A program made the position numbers and the translations under genes. Of a stretch of DNA of 64,000 nucleotides, positions 1-9,050 are shown in pieces. Positions within the stretch are counted from its first letter, which is position 1; each line of letters opens with the position of its first letter. The notes beneath the pieces were generated by a model, which saw nothing but the letters and a program-made list of their open reading frames with translations, was not told the origin of the DNA and made no database searches. Source of the DNA: Batkoa obscura (Eukaryota); contig JASVEC010000014.1 of assembly GCA_030770535.1 (NCBI GenBank), positions 806,001 through 870,000 of the forward strand. The letters are read 5' to 3'.

Positions 1-67
1 AAATCCAAATAGTACTTAAAGAAAACAAATGAATTAAAGATAAAAAAACAAAAAAACAATCTCACGG

Positions 68-562
68 ATGGAAAACAATTCTATTAACACGATAACCCAT
101 GAAAAAACAACCTCATTCAAAAAATCTAAAGATAAAGCTATCAATTTCCTTCGCTCTTTATTAAGCCCATCAAAAAAAATAAATAAAACTAAAAAATCAA
201 AACAGATTAACTCAACTCAAAGGTCCACTCCAAATAGGGATTCAATTCGATTTGATGCTTTTATGCAGTCTATTAGTCATCATATTGATATAACTAATAG
301 TGATTCCGATAGTCATAGAATGTATGCCAATGGTCATTCGAACATAAGGTGCAATTTTGATAATTATGACTATAATTATACTCATAATCATGCTCATAAT
401 CATTCTCATAATCATATTCATACTCATACTCACTCAGTAGATCATAGTTATCATGGCCATCACCACGGGGGATTTATAAGTCACAGCGATCACCATCATG
501 GAGGATTAACAAGTCACAGCGATCATCACCATGGAGGATTTACTAGCCATAGTCATGAATGA
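68..562 (+). CDS. His/Ser-rich low-complexity protein, paralog A (probably truncated by a premature TGA)
   Basis: 164-aa ORF. Basic N-terminal motif KDKAINFLRSLLSPSKK..KQINSTQRS is shared with the ORF at 2004. C-terminus has HN/HT dipeptides and 11-aa SHSDHHHGGxT repeats. Confidence 0.65.
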   Translation: MENNSINTITHEKTTSFKKSKDKAINFLRSLLSPSKKINKTKKSKQINSTQRSTPNRDSIRFDAFMQSISHHIDITNSDSDSHRMYANGHSNIRCNFDNYDYNYTHNHAHNHSHNHIHTHTHSVDHSYHGHHHGGFISHSDHHHGGLTSHSDHHHGGFTSHSHE

Positions 563-782
563 GCAAGTAGCTATAATCACGCGGGCTCAAGTAGCTGTGA
601 CTATAATGGATTAAATAGCTATAATTATTACTTCAGACACAAAATGTTGTCAATATGAAGTTTCAATGTAAATACTAATCGGAATAAAGTAATAATTACT
701 TCGTTAAGTTAAAATAGTTTTAAATTTTATTTATTCATGGTTTACAGTTTTGATTTAGTTAATATTATTTTGGGTTTTTACT

Positions 783-888
783 ATATGAGAGTGTTTTTTT
801 TAACTTCATTATTTTTCCACTTTTTAAGCGTTATTTAAGCGGAAAATTTGTTAGTAAAATTCTTAAGCACAAAAATATATCCCCATAT
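783..888 (+). mobile_element. ~105-bp MITE copy (Sola-like family)
   Basis: ATAT-GAGAGTGT...TTAGTAAAATTCTTAA...ATATCCCC-ATAT; matches other copies in the window. Confidence 0.85.
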
Positions 889-2003
889 ATAGTTCAAGTT
901 GTATTAAATAATATTATTTTTTTCTAGAAAATGTATAAATAAAGTGATCAAATCGATAGGATGTATTTCATATATTGTAGTTAATACGTTTGAAGCAATA
1001 TATAGGAAAGTCTATCTATCAGGTTCAGAAAGTTGTCGATAGTCTTCACCATTTTCATATAAAAAGCAAATAAACTATATTAATTTTGATATTCATAACT
1101 TATTAGCATTTAGTTAGTATAATAATAGAGATCAAACTAAATAGCTTAAGATTTTAATTTTCACTATCAGTTAATATAACGCTTTTCGTTTGATGTTAAT
1201 TAACTCATTTTAAATAATTCAAAAAAAGTGCAAATTGTTTATCTGTTAGTGTAATGTACCATTTGTTCTCTATTCGAATGTCTCATAACCTCAAATATTA
1301 GTTTTCTTGAATCTAACTACATACCTTAAATTGGACGGCTTAATAATAGGTAGCTACTATATATGTTACATTAAATATGCTACTATAATTTTGTGAATAA
1401 ATAAAAGCTATAGCTCTATAATCAATAATAAAGCGGACAAATATATTATGATTATAATATAGAATTGATTGAAAAAAATTTATAAACCTTACAAATAATT
1501 TGATTCATCTTGATTATTCCACTACTTAAATTGCAATAAACTCAAATATCCTTTTATATAATAAGCAAGTAATATTAATATGACAAAAAGTTTGCTAGGA
1601 TCAATAGTTATAATTAGCAATTCATTTATAGTAAAACTTTAAATTGCTTTTATTACATTATCATACAACTAAATTATTTGTTGAGTGCTAATTAACCCAT
1701 TGAATTAATTGAATAAACATAAACAAAAGCTTTAAAATTTCAGTGTTCTTATAATTTTATATAATATCATATCAAAACAAGGTGGAATTATTTAAACTAC
1801 ATAATAGAACTTTGCTTTTGATCATTTCATAAACTTCTATTAAATTCACGATTTATTTTGATACTGTTTATTAAATTTTGTAAAAGGTAAAAAGTCTATA
1901 TAATTTTAAGGACGGTGAAATTGATAACTTAAGAACTCAAAGACATATAAAAAAAGCAAAAATCCTCAAAGTAAGAAAACAAAGTTACAAACAATTCATA
2001 AAG

Positions 2004-2780
2004 ATGAAAGAAAAACAACCCACCGGTACCATAATCCAAGAGAAGATAAATAACAACAATAAAGTTAAAGATAAAGCAGTAGGTTTATTTCGTTCTCTAT
2101 TTCGTCTATCAAAAAAAAAGGATAAAATTAAAGAAAAGCAACAATTTAATTCTAGTCAAAGATCCGCTCAACCTTCAAGTCCATTACAATCTGAACTTAC
2201 CTTGCAATCTAATAATGATATTGGTTTAATAACTAATCAAGTTGATGATAACACTTATTTGGTTGACATGAGTAAACGAGATGACATAGTTAATGGAAAA
2301 GATAATTCTACAGCAACTGTGTGTAGTATTAAAAATAAAACACATAATAAAAAGGAGCAAAAGGAATACGATCAAGATGTTACAGTTACTGTATTAAATG
2401 ATCATTCACTTTATGATACTCAAGAAAGAAAAAGTAATAAAAAAGTGGATGAAATTATAATTACTAGTTATTCAAATAAAAACCATATTCATACTATATA
2501 TGATAATCATGATTCAGTAGCAAAGCATTGCAATAGTGGTTATGATCATAGCCAAAGCTATAATCATAGTCATAATTGTTCGGCAAAGCATAGTCACAAT
2601 AGCCATAATCATCAAAGTTTGAGTAGTTATGATAATCATAATCATGGAGGATCAAAAAGCTATGATACTCATAACCATGGAGGATCAACTAGTTATGATT
2701 ATGGAGGATCAAGTAGCTATGATAATGGAGGATCAAGTAGCTATGATAACGGAGGATCAAGTAGCTATGATAATTATTGA
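2004..2780 (+). CDS. His/Ser/Gly-rich low-complexity protein, paralog B
   Basis: 258-aa ORF with KDKAVGLFRSLFRLSKK..KQQFNSSQRS motif; C-terminal HNHGGSxSYD and GGSSSYDN (24-bp) tandem repeats. Confidence 0.7.
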   Translation: MKEKQPTGTIIQEKINNNNKVKDKAVGLFRSLFRLSKKKDKIKEKQQFNSSQRSAQPSSPLQSELTLQSNNDIGLITNQVDDNTYLVDMSKRDDIVNGKDNSTATVCSIKNKTHNKKEQKEYDQDVTVTVLNDHSLYDTQERKSNKKVDEIIITSYSNKNHIHTIYDNHDSVAKHCNSGYDHSQSYNHSHNCSAKHSHNSHNHQSLSSYDNHNHGGSKSYDTHNHGGSTSYDYGGSSSYDNGGSSSYDNGGSSSYDNY

Positions 2781-3249
2781 TTGAATACCAAATGTTATTA
2801 CGATCCAAATCTACTATAAACATCAAGTATAATAAACAGTTGAATAGCTTCAAGACTTTATTAAACCTAACTTTTATTTGTTTATTACTTCTAAAATAAT
2901 TATAAACCTAATAGTCGAGATACAATCCATGAATAAAACTAAATAAGTTAATTTGGTCACAACTGTTCTAAGCAGTTATACAAAGCGATATAAAACCTAT
3001 TAAAATAGCCCCATTTAGAAAACTGTACATAAAACGCAAGTCGTTAAACAGCTTTTTATTTGTTTATATACTCCTTTTCTTTTCTAGGTAACTAATTTTT
3101 AGATATGAACATTCACTAATTTCAATAAACTCAAGTGACCTATTAACCATTTTTATATTCAAGATTTACATTCAAGTGTTAAATAAGCTTATGACGCTTT
3201 CTTACTTTTTAAAGAGATACATGTTTAATATTCTAATGATGTTTGGATT

Positions 3250-3710
3250 GTATGGGGATATTCAAATTGGTTTCATTTTTTATCCAATTCTTAGAAATTT
3301 TATATTTTAACTTTGCTTAAAATTCTATAAAAATAACTTCTTTGTTAAAAAACCAAAAATACCCAACACAGTTTTAAATTATATTATTATAATTTATATT
3401 GTAAGTTGGCTGAGTCTATATCAAATTTGATAGAAATTATACGATTTCTAAGCCTTTTACTAACATAACTTATACATTGATACTAATTAGAGTTGTGGTA
3501 TGGAAATAAATGCATATTTCTATAAAACTTTGTTGGGGAATATCTATTATTGACTGTTTTGTAACCAACATTGCGAAGTTGTTATCAAATAAATAAGTAA
3601 TTTTAATATCATAATCACACTACTAACATATCACTAAGTTAACAAATAGCTAGATGGGAGAGACCGATTAGTCTTAAAAATATAACTAACCATCCTTATA
3701 CAATATAAGT
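3250..3710. mobile_element. Terminal ~460-bp remnant of the Sola-like transposon, same orientation as 34220-34605
   Basis: Begins GGGGATATTCAAATTGGTTTCATT and aligns by eye with 34220-34605 and 59889-60435. Confidence 0.8.
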
Positions 3711-3718
3711 AATATGAT

Positions 3719-3764
<46 letters not shown>

Positions 3765-3768
3765 GTAA
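3709..3768. repeat. AT minisatellite, ~14-bp unit AAATAATATAATAT, about 3-4 copies
   Basis: Direct tandem repeat at the junction between the transposon remnant and the solo LTR. Confidence 0.7.
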
Positions 3769-4232
3769 TGTGAAATCTGGTACTCAGGGTTTGGAGTCAA
3801 GAACAGCTATTGCTGGGTTGACTACACTATAAGTCGAAATGTCTTAGTTTATGTGACTAAGATAGACTTGGATTATGAGGAATAGCACGTAATAGGTTAC
3901 AAGCTATATAAGACAAATAGAATAGACAATACTAATGTAAAATCTATGTAAAATACTATTAAGAAAACTTAGTGGCTTTATTAAAGATACAAGATATCAA
4001 GGAATAATTTAGTCAAAAAGCCTCGAGTTACTATGTTCCAAAATCTCTTTTATACTCCAATAAGTATGGATATCAAAACGGGGAGATAATGCTCTTCGGA
4101 ATTATGTGACGGAAATTCTCATAGCAAATCAAAATAAAGCTTGGGTTGATTGTCTCTAAACTCGAGACCACAACGATTTAAGTGGCTGCTATACTATAAT
4201 CAATCATGGAACTGACAAAGCAACATTTCACA
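3769..4232 (-). mobile_element. Solo LTR 1 (464 bp, mosaic) of the Ty3/gypsy family
   Basis: TGTGAAAT...ATTTCACA termini. First ~215 bp are nearly identical to the LTRs at 26113/33266; the rest is diverged. Flanks GTAA/AGTG do not form a TSD. Confidence 0.9.
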
Positions 4233-4460
4233 AGTGTTGAAGCTAGTTGTTTTCTTTTTATGCAACTTTTTATTAACTTGATAATGTATTGATATTATAG
4301 CTATAGCATTAAAATTATTTATTTAATAGTAAATCTGCAACGCTGGCTATAAGGCAGTCAATGATAAATACTTTTAATGAAGTTTTTATAGGAATATATA
4401 TTTATTCATATATTACAGCTTTGATTAATATTAACATACAAGTTATATTAGTGAAAGCCT

Positions 4461-4924
4461 TGTGAAATATCGCTTTGTCAGTCCCATGGTTAATTATAAC
4501 ATAACAATCGCCTAAGCTGTTGTGTTCTCGAGTTCAGAGGAAATCAATCCCATGTTCTTATTTTGATTTGTTATGAGAATTTCTAGCTCCATCCAAAAGA
4601 ATATTATCTTCTCATTTTGATATTTATACTTTTCAGAGTATAAAAGAGTTTACAGAGTATAGTAGTTCGAGGCTTTTTAACTGAATTATTCCCTGATATC
4701 TCGAACATTTAATAAAGCTACTAAGTTTTCTTAATAGTATTTTACATAGATTTTACATTAGTATTGTCTATTCTATTTGTCTTATATAGCTTGTAACCTA
4801 TTACGTGCTATTCCTCATAATCCAAGTCTATCTTAGTCACATAAACTAAGACATTTCGACTTATAGTGTAGTCAACCCAGCAATAGCTGTTCTTGACTCC
4901 AAACCCTGAGTACCAGATTTCACA
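4461..4924 (+). mobile_element. Solo LTR 2 (464 bp) with 4-bp TSD GCCT
   Basis: Reverse complement of the 26113-26512 LTR plus a 64-bp extra segment; GCCT directly flanks both ends (4457-4460, 4925-4928). Confidence 0.92.
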
Positions 4925-4981
4925 GCCTTATTAATCTAGCAATTTTTATTAAACTTAATAAAAGCTCTGAAAATTTATAAC

Positions 4982-5088
4982 ATATGGGGATGTTTTTTTT
5001 GGCTTTATTACTTTTTCCATCCTTTAAGCGCTATTTGAGTGGAAAAATCATTAGTAAAGCTCTTAAACACAAAAATACATCCCTATAT
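4982..5088 (+). mobile_element. ~105-bp MITE copy
   Basis: ATAT-GGGGATGT...ACATCCCT-ATAT. Confidence 0.88.
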
Positions 5089-6314
5089 ATTATAATAAAA
5101 TAATTTAAAAATGTTAGACATTTTTGCTTTTTAATAAAAGTTTATTTTCATAAAATTTTAAGCAAAATTCTCAAAAATAAACATCCAAAAAACTAGGCTT
5201 ATTTTGATACCATTTTATTGGTTACTTTGTTCATAGTTTAGAATTTAAAATTAGATAAAAAGATGAAATCAATTTGGACATCCCCATATATTTAAACCAA
5301 AGAGGTATTTTTTATGTTAATAGAAGCTACAGTTATTTAAAACAAGATATAGTTAAATAGTGAAAGAGAAGACAAAAACCAATAAGAAATCCATTCAAGA
5401 AATATTCTTCGCGGATTAAACAAGAGTAACAAGAAAAGTGAGTACCCTTGAAGTTATAAAATACTTTAAGAGTTTCATTAATGCTACTTAAAACTAACTC
5501 TTTAAAGATTTCAACCTCATCTCTGAAGCAATAACAGTTTAATAATATATCTCTTATTCTAAGGTTTAATTATTATAGTTCAATGGTTTTGTACCAATGT
5601 ATCTTCTGCTTAGATACTTTATTTTGACATCCTCAATAGTATATTTAAAGTTTGATTTAAACTCGATAAATTTGTTCAATTTTATAAATAGAAATAATTT
5701 AATGTTTTCTCGGATTTTATTAATTTCAAGATTTTTTAGGTCTTTTATCAAGAATTAAATCCTTAATTTAAAAATCATAAATGATTGAAGATTACTTTTA
5801 CTAACAAATAATAGATGACGATGGTGGGTGATAATCTGTACAGCATTTAACTAAGAGATAAAAAAAATGGCGCCATTTGATTTACATATAAAATACTTGA
5901 ATTTTTTAATAAATTTCTTAATTACTTACCTAATATCAATTACATGTTAAAAGCTTATAATTAAAAGTATTAATAATAAAATGATGAACCATATATTAAC
6001 TTTTTAAAAATCTAGATAAAAACAGACAGTCAGATCATGATTTATTGGAATAAAAACATAGGCTTTACATTAGTTTACTATCAAGACTAAAAGTTAAAAG
6101 GGTGGCGTGTGACTTTATTAAAAGTATTATATATTGCTACTTAGTACTATCAAATCAACTATAGTAATTTAAAATAAAATCTAAATTATTACAATATAAA
6201 CCTAACTTCCCTTAATCCATCTCCAACTCTAACTTTTAAAAGATCAAAATTACCACACCCTACTATATCAAATTTATATATAAAACGTATAAAAATTTTA
6301 TTGATTTATTTGAT

Positions 6315-7026
6315 TTAATGACTGTGTACTTTACCAGTTTCACCACCATTATGCTCAAGAAGGGAACCATGAGGAATTTCTGGTGGATTAACAGTTTTAA
6401 GTTTATATACGGAACCACATTCTGGACAACGATCAAACTCATGTTGTTCTTCTAAAGTTAACCAAATGGTATCGTGAGAATCAACTGGGTAACCTATTTA
6501 AATTTAAGGAAATAAGTTAATATTTAAATTTAAATATACATTATAAACATAATTCTATTCGATAAATAAAGATAATTAAACTTAAATTGACTTACCAGTG
6601 CAACCCACATAACGAATATTATCATGAGATTCAACAACAATTGGATTTTTTTTAGTACCAAGGTGAGTCATTTCAATGGGTCTTAAATCGAAAAACTCTC
6701 TACCTTCAATTTCAGATAATAATTCAATACGTGCTAAACCAGCAGCTTGTTCAATATCAGATGGTACTTCACCATCTTTGGCTCCAGGTCCTACAATAAT
6801 TGGGGCTGGGGCATGATGATCTGAGAGAAATAGTTTTAGTATGTGAAAAGTTGAGTTGAGAAAGCTTAATGAATTGTGGATCAAACGAAATGGAAATATA
6901 AATTCATTACTTACCTCCACCTTTGCAGATCATGGTGCTACTGATACTACGTACATTATTGACAAGTACGCGTTTGGTTAAAGTAGAAGCTCTTGGAATC
7001 GCTTTAATGGCTAATTTGGAAAACAT
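6315..7026 (-). CDS. COX4: Cytochrome c oxidase subunit 4 (fungal Cox4 / Vb family), 3 exons
   Basis: Mitochondrial presequence-like MFSKLAIKAIPRAST; GEVPSDIEQAAGLARIEL, RYVGCTG, last exon YPVDSHDTIW...RCPECGSVYKL zinc-binding motif; two GT-AG introns. Confidence 0.92.
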
Positions 7027-7630
7027 AATTGTATTGAAGAAATGTAAAATCTAATCGAAAGTTTTAAAATTCTAATTTTCAAATTTATTGGTTCACCAAA
7101 TAAGTTATTTTCGCTGCTTAATTCCTGCAGCTAAACTTACTCATCAGATGAGATATTATGGGATTTATTTTGGAATTTGAAGCGAGTTTTTATTTTGAAA
7201 TTAAATTGAAAAATATAAATATAAATAGGATCTCTATACTATTGTCCAATTTAAATAAAAGTTTAAGAAAATAAATAAGTTTATAAAATATAATTATTTT
7301 TATTTTTATCATGTTTCCAAGGGTTCACTATACTATATTTAAAAATAAAAAGTGTTAAGTATTCAATTTACTTTATCAAATTTAAAAGGGATATCAACTC
7401 AGTGCCGGAGAATTTTAATATCATAAAATTAAAAAAGTAAATAGTGTTAAAAAAGAGATTGAAAACAGTTGTTATCTAGTAAAACAGATCTTCGAAAATA
7501 ATACAAATTCCATTTCCAACAAATTATAAATTAACGGCATTAACAATAACTTTATTATTTTTTGTTTCGAAATTCAATCGACCCTCTTCTTTTAATTTAA
7601 TCCTCATATCATTTATATATATCTTTTACT

Positions 7631-7837
7631 TCACCTCCTAGTGCCAATAACAATTTTTTTAACATCTTTTAATTTTTCTCCATCATCCCTTTCAATCTGT
7701 TGATTATACGGACTACTCACTACAGGACAAGGAAATAAAGTCGGTGCAGCTACTGTAAATACAGCACCTAAGGCTACTGCAACAAACAATCGCGTTGTCA
7801 CACGCTGTTTTTCTAAATAGGTTAATGGACGGAACAT
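7631..7837 (-). CDS. COA2: Coa2-like cytochrome c oxidase assembly factor
   Basis: 68-aa protein: RVTTRLF, hydrophobic segment, then APTLFPCP, resembling the fungal Coa2 family motif. Confidence 0.65.
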   Translation of the reverse strand: MFRPLTYLEKQRVTTRLFVAVALGAVFTVAAPTLFPCPVVSSPYNQQIERDDGEKLKDVKKIVIGTRR

Positions 7838-8149
7838 AATGAGTGGCGTTTTATTTTTTTTAAATAAAGTTGGTTTTTTGAGAATTGAAGTTTGAGTTTT
7901 TCTTGATTAAATCCAGATTTATTAAGATTTAAGTAATTTTCGTTAAATTGGTTGTACAAATTAGACTAAGTGATTGGTCCAGTTTGGTTAAAATCTTCTT
8001 TTACTAATCTGCTATTGAGATTCTATTGGTAGAAATTTAACATGCTTAAATTTAATCATTTGAAAACTTGAGGTATTTAAAAAATAACTCATTGATTGAC
8101 ACTAAATTTATGGGATTTATCTATGCCTATTACCAAAAATATGAGATAA

Positions 8150-8185
8150 AAAATCTCCAAAATCTCCAAAATCTCCAAATCTCCC
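8150..8185. repeat. 9-bp tandem repeat (AAAATCTCC) x ~4 upstream of MPDU1
   Basis: Direct reading of the sequence. Confidence 0.7.
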
Positions 8186-8230
8186 AAAAAAAATGTATCT
8201 TTATTATTTTACTAAACTTAATTTCACAAC

Positions 8231-9025
8231 ATGAAACTCCCAGTTCAAAATGGTAACTCAGTCTCCGACCCAACTTTTCATACCAAATACATTATCCTTC
8301 CCAACTTTATCAAGCAATTAGCTACTACTATTTTAGGTGAAGCCTATTGTTATGAAGAAATAATCGAGTCCCTTAATTTCACCAATGTTCCCTGTCTTAA
8401 ATTAGGACTTTCAAAAGGTCTTGGATTAGGAATAGTAATCGGTGGCTGTATAGTCAAATTACCACAATTATATAATATACTAAAAGCAAAGAGTACAAAA
8501 GGGGTTTCATTTACTTCCTATCTATTTGAAACATTAGCGTACTTGATTGTTATTGGATATAATATGAGAAAAGAAAATGCATTTTCAACTTGGGGTGAAG
8601 CAGTTTGTATTAGTATACAAAATTTATTAGTTTTAGGATTGATGTTATATTATAAGAAGAAGATAATGTTAGGAATGGGAATTGTTTTAAGTTCCATTGG
8701 CTTACTTTATTTATTCTGTTATTTGTTAAGTGAAAGTATGTTAACTGGTTGTTTTTTACTAACTATACCAATAATTCTACTCTCAAGGATACCTCAAATT
8801 TGGCTAATTTATCAAAGTAAAAAAGTGGGGCAATTGTCAATATCAACTACTTTTTTTTATTGCTTAGGTACTGCAGCGAGAGTATTTACTACTATACAAG
8901 AAATTGAGGATGGCTTTATATTGTTAGGGAATGCATTGGCATTTGCAGTTAACTTTTTATTGTTTTATTTAGTGATTTATTATACTAAAAAGAATAAGAG
9001 TTTAAAATCGGAAAAATATATTTAA
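8231..9025 (+). CDS. MPDU1: Mannose-P-dolichol utilization defect 1 homolog (PQ-loop)
   Basis: CLKLGLSKGLGLGIVIGGCIVKLPQ, FSTWGE, SRIPQI, GQLS, ARVFTTIQE motifs. Confidence 0.92.
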   Translation: MKLPVQNGNSVSDPTFHTKYIILPNFIKQLATTILGEAYCYEEIIESLNFTNVPCLKLGLSKGLGLGIVIGGCIVKLPQLYNILKAKSTKGVSFTSYLFETLAYLIVIGYNMRKENAFSTWGEAVCISIQNLLVLGLMLYYKKKIMLGMGIVLSSIGLLYLFCYLLSESMLTGCFLLTIPIILLSRIPQIWLIYQSKKVGQLSISTTFFYCLGTAARVFTTIQEIEDGFILLGNALAFAVNFLLFYLVIYYTKKNKSLKSEKYI

Positions 9026-9050
9026 TTGGAAAATATATGATTTTTATTTG

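Larger units (their letters stand above)
4233..5289. mobile_element. Inverted terminal remnant of the Sola-like transposon, interrupted by solo LTR 2 and a MITE
   Basis: 4233-4460, 4925-4981 and 5089-5289 are the reverse complement of the end seen at 59889-60400; terminates ...GAAATCAATTTGGACATCCCC-ATAT. Confidence 0.75.

Noticed and set aside
3985..4232. Differences between LTR1 and LTR2 fall partly at apparent third codon positions (..CY.IINHGTDKA.FH), hinting at a hidden ORF in U3
   Set aside because: In-frame stops in both copies and two 2-bp indels; the pattern is explainable by transitions.
5566..5870. Possible decayed non-LTR retroelement fragment (61-aa ORF; HLLF-like motif upstream)
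   Set aside because: Too short and degenerate to support without a search.
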